Below are positions 1-10,458 of a stretch of 64,000 nt of DNA, piece by piece (position 1 is the first letter of the stretch; each line of letters starts with the position of its first letter). The position numbers and the translations under genes were made by a program. The notes beneath the pieces are model-generated. The model ran no database searches. It was not told where the DNA came from and saw nothing but the letters and a program-made list of their open reading frames with translations. Source of the stretch: Ascoidea asiatica JCM 7603 (Eukaryota > Fungi > Ascomycota); NCBI GenBank assembly GCA_001600695.1, contig BCKQ01000002.1, positions 1,899,434 to 1,963,433 on the forward strand. Direction: 5' to 3'.

Positions 1-175
1 TATTCCTTTTTTTTTTTTTTTTTTTTTTTACACAATTGATAAAGAATGAAAATATTCATGAGTAAAGACAATAGAATTAATAAAATAGTTATTTAATCTT
101 GTATATAGACTAGTATATTACTTATTTCTGTGTTTAAAATCTAACTTCAATTCATATTTCTCTTTTTTTCATCCA

Positions 176-1165
176 ATGGACTCGCCTATAAAACAAATTC
201 TTCATTATGGAAATGATAATCGTCAAGTAATTTGTAAATATAAATCAAAAAATTTCAATCAAATTAATACTGAATGTTCTAAGAATAAAATTGTAACATT
301 ATTCATTCATGGTGGTGCTTGGAGAGATCCTAATAATACTTATAATGATTCTGATAACTTTTATAATCATTTACAAAAACTTTCAATAAAAGATTCAAAT
401 ATTTCAACAGATATTTTCTTAAATAATTTTTATTCCATTGATTATAAATTATCACCTCAATTTAAATATCCTTCACATTTATTAGATATTCTTTTTGGTA
501 TTATTTTTTTAAATAATGAATATAAAATTCAAGATTATCAAATTAATTTAATTGGACATTCAGTTGGTGCAACTTTAATTTTACAACTTTTAAATTGGAA
601 AGTTTTATTAACAAATTGGATATCTACAACTTCATCATCAAATAATTTAGAATTATTCAAAAATCAAATAATATTAGATTTTGGTTTAAAATATAAAGAT
701 ATTAATGATTTGAAATCAGAAAATACTGAAAGTTTTTTCATTAATTTTATTAAATATATTGAAAAAAAGACAAATTTTTTTTTCTTAAAACTTAATAAAT
801 TATTTCTTTTAGATGGTATTTATAATATTAATTTTTTAATTGAAGAATATCCTTCATATAAATCTTTTATTAATGAAGCTCATAATAATTTAAAAGAATC
901 AATAAATTCAACAAATTTTATTGAAATTTTTAATAATAAATTGAATATAAATTTAAAAAATTCATTAAAAATTATTAAAAATATAATTTTAATTCAATCA
1001 TATGAAGATGAATTATTATCTATAAAACAAAGTAATGAATTTATTTTAAATTATTTACAAAAAAAAAAAATTAATTATTGTTTAATTATGGGAAATTTTG
1101 GAATTCATGAAAATGTTTATAAAGAACCTAAGGTTATAGAATATTATTACAAATTATTTGTTTAA
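176..1165 (+). CDS. BNA7: Kynurenine formamidase (alpha/beta hydrolase)
   Basis: FIHGGAWRDP oxyanion motif, SIDYKLSP, GHSVG nucleophile elbow, LDGIY, C-terminal EDELL and G-x-H catalytic Asp/His. Confidence 0.88.
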   Translation: MDSPIKQILHYGNDNRQVICKYKSKNFNQINTECSKNKIVTLFIHGGAWRDPNNTYNDSDNFYNHLQKLSIKDSNISTDIFLNNFYSIDYKLSPQFKYPSHLLDILFGIIFLNNEYKIQDYQINLIGHSVGATLILQLLNWKVLLTNWISTTSSSNNLELFKNQIILDFGLKYKDINDLKSENTESFFINFIKYIEKKTNFFFLKLNKLFLLDGIYNINFLIEEYPSYKSFINEAHNNLKESINSTNFIEIFNNKLNINLKNSLKIIKNIILIQSYEDELLSIKQSNEFILNYLQKKKINYCLIMGNFGIHENVYKEPKVIEYYYKLFV

Positions 1166-1253
1166 GATTATATGCATTTCATATATATATATATATATAT
1201 TTAATATATATATAGATATAGATATAGATATATTTAATGAATGGATCAAAGAA

Positions 1254-2190
1254 TTAAACAAAAGTCCAAATATCTTTACCATTATCACGCATAAATTCAC
1301 CTAAATTTTGAACATTATCACACCATGAATTTAATTTATCTTTCATTGAATTAATTTGATCTAAATTCATAACTCTAGGCTGAACCCAACTTACAGTAAC
1401 AGTATTATTAACTTGATCAATAAAACCTTTTAATAGACCTATACTTAAAGCTCTCATTACTAAATGTTCAACATCATTTATTGGTAATCTTGTAATTTTA
1501 GAAATTTCAAAAAATGTTAAAATTCTTTGACCATTTGGTTTTTTAAAAATTAATTCAACTAAAGACATTAAACAAATTTTTTGTTTTAAGAAAAATTGAT
1601 TATTTTTTAATAATGGAGATTTTTGAAAAATTAATGGAGAAATTTTTTCAAATTTATTTAAATCACCAGAATTTAAAATAAATAAAAAATCTCTTAACCA
1701 AGAATATTGATCATTATTTAAATAATTTAAAATATCATGTAATAATAATTCACCAAAATTATAAATTTTATCACCTAATAAAGCAGAAATACTTAAATCA
1801 AAAGCTAAAATTTTTTTATCTTCAATTGATAAATTTGAAGATAAATTTTTATCAAGACAAGCTAAATAAAGTAAAGAATTTTTATAATAATCATTATAAT
1901 CATTTTTTAATTTAAAATATTGAGAATTAGTTGAATAAAAAGCAGCATTAATTAAAATATTAATATTATCTAAATTTTCAATTTGATTATTAATTAAATC
2001 TAAAATTAATCTTGAATCTTCAAATTGATTTAAATTTAATTTAATTTTTGCAATTTCTATTTGTAAATAAATATAAGCTTCAATTTTATCATCAATTTTA
2101 TTAAAACATTCATTTAAATTAAATGCAAAATTTTTATTTTTTTTATTTTTTATATCATTAATTTTTTTTAAATTTAATTCATTATCATTT

Positions 2191-2267
<77 letters not shown>

Positions 2268-2645
2268 TGAATATGTATAAGTATATGAATAATCATAATC
2301 TTCAGGTAAATCTTTTTCTAATTTTGTTTTAATTGATAAAAGATAATCTAATTGTTCTTGAAAATTTTGAATATCAGTAATTGATAATAATAAAAATTGA
2401 ATAAATTTTAATTCATAAATATTTTTATAAAATTTTAAAACAAATTGATTAAATAATTTAAGTCTTAAATTTTTTGAAATTGGAGAACGAAAAAATTTTT
2501 CTAAAGATTCAGTTAATTGATGCCATAATTTTCTATCATATAAATCTTCAAATTCATAAAAATTTGGATATAATTCTTCATTTGATTGTAATCTTAAAGT
2601 TGAAAGAATTGCAGGAATATCAGATTCAATTTCCATTTCAGACAT
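1254..2645 (-). CDS. RPN9: 26S proteasome lid subunit Rpn9 (PCI domain) with a poly-Asn insertion
   Basis: FEDLYDRKLWHQLT, ALLGDKIYNFGELL, VEHLVMRALSIGLLKGFIDQV..WVQPRV; start placed at MSEMEIE (ATG 2645); the ORF track extends to 2681. Confidence 0.93.
2193..2267 (-). repeat. (AAT)25 microsatellite encoding N25 inside Rpn9
   Basis: Pure tta/att run in frame. Confidence 0.95.
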
Positions 2646-2843
2646 CTTGGAATAAATTATGATTTGGTTGATAATATACACTACAGTTGTTTGACAATGG
2701 ATTATATCTATTGATAAGTATTATTGATAAGTATTATTGATAAGTATTATTAATTGATGACTATTGATAATAATGTTTCTCATGTTCTTATGCTTCTTAT
2801 GTTTCTTATGCTTCTTTTAATTCAATTGAATATTTCAATTGAT

Positions 2844-2852
2844 GGTGGCAAT
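2844..2852 (+). promoter_or_regulatory. PACE-like Rpn4 binding site upstream of RPN9
   Basis: GGTGGCAAT versus the PACE consensus GGTGGCAAA, about 200 bp upstream of a proteasome gene. Confidence 0.65.
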
Positions 2853-3653
2853 ACTTGGATATGGCGGATATATGAAAATCCGAATAGATCCAAGCCAGGA
2901 AGCAAAGGGCATTATACGAGCTGCTATCCGTAAAAGGAAATGCGGAATAAGGACGGTTTCAAAAATTTGATTTAATTTCCGCAGTTACCCTCCCGTTTCT
3001 AAGCCAGAATGCTTACGTCATCAGCTTTTCACCTACCGTAGAAAAGAAGAAGAAAATGAGATCTCGGAAGAGAATGCATTCCGTGAAACCAACCAGAAAG
3101 CACTTGACCAAACCCTGGGAAAAGAGCGCGCGACAGCAGCAAACGCAGTGACGAACAAACGAACCAGAGTAAAAAAGAATAAAAACACGCAAAACGCCAA
3201 CAATGCAGGGCTGAAGACCCCGGGGAAGGGGAACAAAACACCACTGCCGATTGCTATGGCTGGCACTTTTGGCCTTTGGTAGGAATCTGAATAAGAAATA
3301 AGAAAAGAAGAAAGAAATCAGAAATCAGATGCAAATACCTCCAAAAGAAGTTGGAACAACAATTACTTTTCAAAAAACAACTAATCATCAATCTCAGAGT
3401 CTTCAGATCACTCAAGAAGATAGAACAGTTATATTCATTCTGCTCTTTTCAGAGATTTAAAACTCTTAAAACTTCAATGGACAGCTACTGTGTTGTTTTT
3501 TTCAAAGTGAATCAAAGAACAGTTTCTATTGCTTTTATTTCTAAAGTAAACAGAATCTAATTGAAATACTTCAATGAAATCAAATTAAAATCAAACAATC
3601 AAACAATAAAACAATTAATTGTATCAATAATAAGTCAATTAATCAATTTCAAA

Positions 3654-4928
3654 ATGATGAATACACCTCAGATAAATATAACTCATTCTCAACCAGATTT
3701 AATTAAGTCGAATTCTTCAAATACAACTCCAAAGAAATCTGTTAATTTAAATAAATCACCATCTGGTAAAAAAGCCTTTCTTGGAATTTTTTCAAATAAT
3801 AATAATAAGAATAATAACATTACTATTGATACAGATAAGAAAAATACATCTCCTTTACATGATATTCAAATATCACCAACTAGATCTAGATCAAGATCAA
3901 TATCAATATCAAGATCAATATCCAAAAACAGAAACAGATCAAAATCAATATCTCAATCTTCAATAGGTGAAAACACAAGTAAAAATATAATAAGCAATTC
4001 AAATAATAATTCAAATAATAATTCAAATAATGAACATAATGATTCAATTTCTTTAAATTCAAATAATTCAAATAATTCAAGTAATTCCTTTACTTCTTCC
4101 GATTCCGAAAGTTTTAATCCAATCAATGAATCAAATATATCCACTCCTTCCCGTTTCAACAAATCTACAAAAAATAAAAATATTATCGATAAAAAACACA
4201 TAAATAATAACATAAATAATATAATAAATAATAATCCATTATCTCCTTCAATATCAAAATTTTCTAATAATAATAATAATAATAATAATAATCAAGATTA
4301 TCCTCAAAATCCTTTATCTTATCCATCTCATTCTCAATCTCAATCTCAAATTCAAATTCAAACTCCAAATCAACTTCTGCTGAATATACATCAGAAATTG
4401 AATTCAATGGAAAGTCATTTCTCAAATAGATTAGATTTTAATTCTGATATATATAATTCAAATTATAATTCAAATTCAAATTCAAATTTCGATTCAAATC
4501 AATTAGATTTAGATAGTTTAAATTTAAATTCAAATTTTAATAGTCAATATTTATCTGATAATAATATAGATTTATATCAATTATTAGTACAACCAAAATA
4601 TTTAAGATTATTTACAAAATCAAAATCAAAAAATTATTTAAATTATTCAAATCATTTATTCTTAGCTCAACAATTAAATATTCAAAATAATTTAAATTTA
4701 AATCATTTTTTATCAAATAATCAAAATTTTGATCAAACAAATTTAAATATTGTAAATAATACTATAACTCCTCATACTCAATTAACTTTAATTAATAAAT
4801 TTAAATCTTTTGATAATATTGAAAATAATTCAATTCTTGAAAATAAATCAAATAAATCAAATAAATCAATTTATTCAAGATCAAATTCAATTAATAATAA
4901 TATTAATAATCTTAATACAACAACTACA

Positions 4929-4963
<35 letters not shown>

Positions 4964-7196
4964 AAGTTTAAATAATGATATTGATAAAAATCATAAAATA
5001 AAACCAAAAAATGGTGCTATATGGTCTCTTCAATTTAATCATGATGGAAAATATTTAGCCGCTGCAGGTCAAGATGCTATAATAAGAATATGGAAAGTAA
5101 TATCTTCTCCATTAGATAGACTTGAATATCAACATAATAATAGTAATAATAATAATAATAATATTACTATCAATACTAATAGTATAATTAATAATATTAA
5201 TAATAATAATTTAAATAATAATAATTTAAATAATGTAAACAATATTAATAATATAAATAATTTTGATCCAACTTCTCCAAATTCATTATCTGAACAAAGT
5301 GAATATGATACTATACTGCAAAATTCAAATTCTTCAAAAAAACCTGTTTATGCACCTGTATTTCATGATACTCCATATAAAGAATTTTTTGGACATTCAT
5401 TAGATATTTTATCTTTAACTTGGAGTAAAAATAATTTTTTATTATCAGCTTCAAAAGATGGTACTGTTAGATTATGGCATATAGATAGAAATAATTGTCT
5501 TGGAGTTTTCAATCATCCAGAAGGTGTAACTTCAGTTTGTTTTCATCCAAATGATGATAGATTTTTTTTAAGTGGAGCTTTAGATAATGGTTTAAGATTA
5601 TGGTCAATTTTAGATAAAGAAGTTAGTTATGTTGAAATTTTACCAAGTTTAATAACTGCAATTTGTTTTTCACCTGATGGTTCAACAACTTATGCAGGAA
5701 CTTTTAATGGTATGTGTTTTTGTTTTGAAGCAAAAGGTTTAGAATTAAAATATCAATTTGAAGTACGTAATACATATGGTAAAAATTCTCGTGGTACAAA
5801 AATTTCTGGTATTCAATGTTATGATATTGAAAAAAATTCAATAATAAATTCTCCAATAAATTCTACAAATAATTTTTTAAATAATAAAATTATTAAAGAT
5901 ACAAGAATTATTATTACAACAAATGATTCAAGAATTAGAATATATTCATCACTTACAAAAACTTTAGTTACAAAATTTAGAGGTTTAGAAAATAAATCAT
6001 CACAAGCAGTTGCATCAATTTCAGATGATAAAGATTATCTTATATGTGGATCAGAAGATAATTATATATATATGTGGAAAATTAATGATGAAGAATTATT
6101 AGAAAAATATGATAAAAAAAATAGAAGAAATTTAATACATAATTCTAAATTAAAAAAAAAATATATTGATTTTATTGATGAAATTCCAAAAAAATTAAAA
6201 AATGGAAATTATATTGCATTTCATGCACATAAATCACCAGTTACATGTGCAATATTTGCACCAAATTCAACAAAGAAATATTTATCATTATCAAATGATC
6301 CAATTTATGAATTATTTTCAATTTGGGAAGATGTAATGAAAAATAATTTAGAATTAGAAAATATTGGATCACCAAAATCATTTAAATCTAAAACAGAATC
6401 AGAAAATTCAGAAAAATTAAAAAAAATTAAAAGTTCATTAAGTCAATTTATTGATATTGAACCAATTTTAGATCCAATAATTGTTAGTGCAGATAGAGAT
6501 GGTATAATTAGAATTTTTAGACAAGATTCTGGACAAGAATTAAGAAAAGTTTTATTAGAACATTTTATTAATAAACCAGGTAATGAAAAATTAGCAGAAA
6601 AAAAAAAAAAATTAATTGTTACAAAACTTACAAAAAAAGCTAAACCAAAAACATTAAGACATTTTGGAAATAGATCAAGATCACCATCAATGGATAAAAG
6701 AGTTATTGGAATGAAAACAATTGGAGAAAATAATATTAATAATATAGGAGGAATAGGAGGATCATCATTAAAACAAGTTTCATCTAGTAAATATGGAGAA
6801 GATAAGAAATCCAGTCCTGATAGAATATCCAATAATAATAATAATAATGATGATATTATAGGTTATAATAATATAAATAATAATAATAATAATGATGGTA
6901 ATAATAGTAATTATAATAATAATAGTAATAATATTATAAATGATAATAATTATAGTTATAATGATTTAAATAATACAGATTTTTTAACATTACCACCAAA
7001 ACTTAAAAGTTCTGGATCATTTTATTCATTACATAATGGATCTAAAGGTAGTTTATTTTCAAGAGGACGTAAAAAAAGTGAAGTTGGTAAAAGAATTTGT
7101 GATATATGTAGTGGTATAAAATTTGCATTTAAAGTTATTGATAATAGGGAAACATTAATTTGTACAGATTGTGGAAATCAAGTAAATACTGTTTGA
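3654..7196 (+). CDS. WD40-repeat protein of the DGR2/LAF1 (YMR102C; WDR44-like) family
   Basis: GAIWSLQFNHDGKYLAAAGQD, YAPVFHDTPYKEFFGHSLDILSLTWSKNNFLLSAS, FHPNDDRFFLSG, ITTNDSRIRIY, C-terminal CxxC...CxxC; first ATG at 3654 (the track starts at TTG 3561). Confidence 0.85.
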
Positions 7197-7208
7197 ATAG
7201 GTGATGAA

Positions 7209-7239
<31 letters not shown>

Positions 7240-7342
7240 ATAGATAAATAATAGAATTAGCGTTATATTTGAAAAGACAAAAAAGATTAATATTGTACAA
7301 ATTATATAATTTTATATTATATATAAGTTTATATGATATAAA

Positions 7343-7852
7343 TTAGAGAACACTTCTAATGATTGTTTCATTTGGTAAATTAGTTGAATTAATATCATCA
7401 CCATTTTGAAAATCTTGATGTTTTAAATAAGATAAAAAATAACAAATTGAAGATATTAAAGTTAAAATTGCAATAACAATTAATGAAGTTGCAGAAGTTA
7501 TAATTGAAAGCCATTGAATTATAGACATTAATAAATAAAAACCAGATCTTGGTAAATTTTGATTAAATTTATTCATAAAATTTGTAAATTCAATTGTAAA
7601 TGGACAAATTTTTAATAAAAATGGAATTTCAACAAATAAAATTAAAAAAGATTGTAAGATTGCAAATATTGAAAAAATTATAACTAAAGAAAAATGAAAA
7701 ATATTTGCAATACCTAAAGCAAGACATAAAATTGAAGTTAAAATACCTATCCATTTACCATAAGTACCATAATTTCTACTTTTCATATCTTTATTAAATT
7801 TTGAAAGACCATTATTAAAAAAAGTTTTTGCAACTTCTAAACCAAGTGCCAT
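7343..7852 (-). CDS. TVP18: Golgi membrane protein Tvp18 (COPI-associated/Flower family)
   Basis: YGKWIGIL...CLALGIANIFH, FVEIPFLLKICP, several TM helices. Confidence 0.9.
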   Translation of the reverse strand: MALGLEVAKTFFNNGLSKFNKDMKSRNYGTYGKWIGILTSILCLALGIANIFHFSLVIIFSIFAILQSFLILFVEIPFLLKICPFTIEFTNFMNKFNQNLPRSGFYLLMSIIQWLSIITSATSLIVIAILTLISSICYFLSYLKHQDFQNGDDINSTNLPNETIIRSVL

Positions 7853-8394
7853 TTTTAGTTAGTTATTGATTATTATATAACAGATTTAAGATCTTAGATT
7901 ATTGAATTGAGCAAATGAATTGATTGACTGATTGATTGAAGAGAATTGTATTGAAGAATTGTATTGAATAGAATACTTGATTGATTTACAGATATATATA
8001 AATATATATAATTGATTAATTGATTAATTGATTGATTGATTAATATGATTATTGATTAGCTGTTTAAATAAAGGTTTAATAATAATTGAATTGATAATAA
8101 GACAAAGACAAAGACAAAGAAGACAAAGAAGACAAAGAGAATGAGAAGATGAGGACAATGAATGATCTGAAGCTGGCTTTGCGTCTCTGGAGCTTTGGAG
8201 CTTTGCAGTTTTGCAGCTTTGCTCGTTCGTTTCCTCGCAAACTTCAACAGCAGCAGTAAACACGTAACGAGAACAGCAGCAGCATCAGCCACACTTCAGG
8301 AATCAGGACAAGTGCGAGGACAAGGAGTGTCCTGAGATGATGTATAAATAAACCAAAAATAAATACACAGAAATAAATAAAAAAAAAAAAAATA

Positions 8395-8468
8395 TGGTCC
8401 CTAGCAGGATCGAACTGCTGATCCCCGCGTTATTAGCACGATGCCTTAACCAACTGGGCCAAGGGACC
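8395..8468 (-). tRNA. tRNA-Ile(AAT)
   Basis: Reverse complement GGTCCCTTGGCCCAGTTGGTTAAGGCATCGTGCTAATAACGCGGGGATCAGCAGTTCGATCCTGCTAGGGACCA; cloverleaf, A/B boxes, downstream T-run. Confidence 0.96.
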
Positions 8469-8727
8469 AGATAATTTAATCATAGATATTCATAATCGCA
8501 AAATTGAGAACTGGATTATTTTTCATTAATCCTTAGATATGGGAAAACTAGTGGTAAATCTTAAGATAATAAGGTTAATAAGGTTACTGGTCCATATACT
8601 ACAGTTTAAATCAGTATAAATATCGATATATAATTATTGAAATGTTTGATAATGATAATTTTTCCATTTTTTTTTGCTTTTTTTGCTTTTTTTGCTTTTA
8701 TTGGTGGCTTGAAACAATTGAGAAAAT

Positions 8728-8778
8728 ATGGAGATTGATTTTAGAACAGTGAGTGTATTTGAATACGAATATTAATAT

Positions 8779-8809
<31 letters not shown>

Positions 8810-9277
8810 TAAATAATGAGATTGAAAAGTTATTAATTATACTAACTGTATGATTATTATTATTATAATTATTATTATGTCAAGTCCGTTTATGGAGAAA
8901 GTAGAGGTGGACATCATTATTGTATTGAATTTAAAAGAAATCCAATAAGAATAGTTGCATATTATTCACAATTTTTAAATGGACTTGAATTTCATTTTAG
9001 AGATTTTGCAAAACAAGAATTTGGTAATTTAACTGGTAAAACTTCAATATTTAATTTACAAGAAGATGAATTAATAACTTCAGTAAATTTAAATTTTGGT
9101 TTATTCATAGATTCAATTCAATTTTTTACAAATAAAAAAAGATGTTCAAAAAGATTTGGTGGTACTGGTGGTGGTAATACAACTGTTGAATTTAATGGTA
9201 AATTAGTTAAACTTTTTGGTAAATGTGGTGGTTTAGTTGATTGTATGTGTTTTGGAACTATTGATGAAAAATTGTGA
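8728..9277 (+). CDS. Single-domain jacalin-like (beta-prism I) lectin, 137 aa, two exons (8728-8748, 8885-9277); missed by the ORF track
   Basis: Exon 1 MEIDFRT; intron GTGAGT...TACTAAC(8840-8846)...AAG; exon 2 SVYGESRGG...EDELITSVNLNFGLFIDSIQFFTNKKRCSKRFGGTGG...LFGKCGGLVDCMCFGTIDEKL*. Confidence 0.85.
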
Positions 9278-9613
9278 CCATAATAACAATAACTTGTTAA
9301 TGAGAATTAACTATCAAGTAACTGTTAACCAAATAGAAATAGAAATAGAAATAGAAACAAAAATAATAATAATAATAATAATAATAAATGTGACTTACGG
9401 GGTATCACACGGGGTATTTTTTATAATTCATTCCGAGTTTCGACCTACTAGACATCATAATGCGGCAAACACCGCTAACGCACAGATACTTTTATTACCA
9501 CTTTTGCGGTACTGCGTTTGCTTAGCCACATTGAACTATTTTTTATTATCACCATCCTCGTCAGTGGCTTTTAGCCCCGATGTCTTTTGACAGTGTGGCG
9601 CGCCCTGGTCCAC

Positions 9614-9639
9614 TGACGTCAAGAACGCGAGTGACGTAA
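9614..9639. promoter_or_regulatory. Tandem CRE (ATF/Sko1-type) sites in the GC-rich RCK2 promoter
   Basis: TGACGTCA at 9614-9621 and TGACGTAA at 9632-9639. Confidence 0.6.
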
Positions 9640-10458
9640 AGCGGTACAGGATCCACTGCGAGTCTCAGTCCCAGTCCCAGCTATTTCTGCTTCTTCTGCT
9701 TCCTCTGCTTCCTCTGCTCTTGTTCTTCGTTTCAGTCCACCAACCACCGCATTTCTACCGCATTTCTACCGCATATCTACCGCATATCCACTGCTTCACT
9801 ACTTCACTACTTCACTTATCAACAGTTCTTAGATTTCAATCTCATTTCAATCTCATTTCATAAAACATTATTTATTCAAATTTCAATTCAACTCATTTCA
9901 ATTCATTTCAATTAATCTTTAAATTATTAAAAGGTTTAAATACAAAACTTCTTCTCAAATTATTCATAAAATAAAGAAACTAGCATTTATTCATTTATTC
10001 ATTTATTCATTAGATTTTATTACTAAAAAAGTATAGAAAGATACAAATATTTGTACCTTTTTCCTCAAATACTCATCTTATCAATAATATTTTCTCAATT
10101 TTATTTATTATATAATTTTTTTTTCTTAAATTCATCATAAAACATTCATTAAAACATATTAATCTGAAATTTTTATTTATTTATTATTTTAAAAATATTT
10201 AAATTTTTAAACATTTAAAAGTATTTACTTTCAAACATCTAAATACAAAATACATCTCATTCTTAATAATCTATTAATAATACAATAATAATATAATCAT
10301 TTATTTCATTTCATTTACTCTCTTTATATTTATAATCATATATAGACTTAAATTTATTTATTTATCTATTTAGTCATTTCCTCTTCTTTTTTTTTGTAAA
10401 TCTTTTTTTATAACATATTACATTCATATATATTAATTTAATTTAATTTAATTTAAAA

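Noticed and set aside
9237-9590. 117-aa ORF in the track
   Set aside because: Non-ATG start, out of frame with the end of the jacalin exon, and runs through microsatellites and the RCK2 promoter
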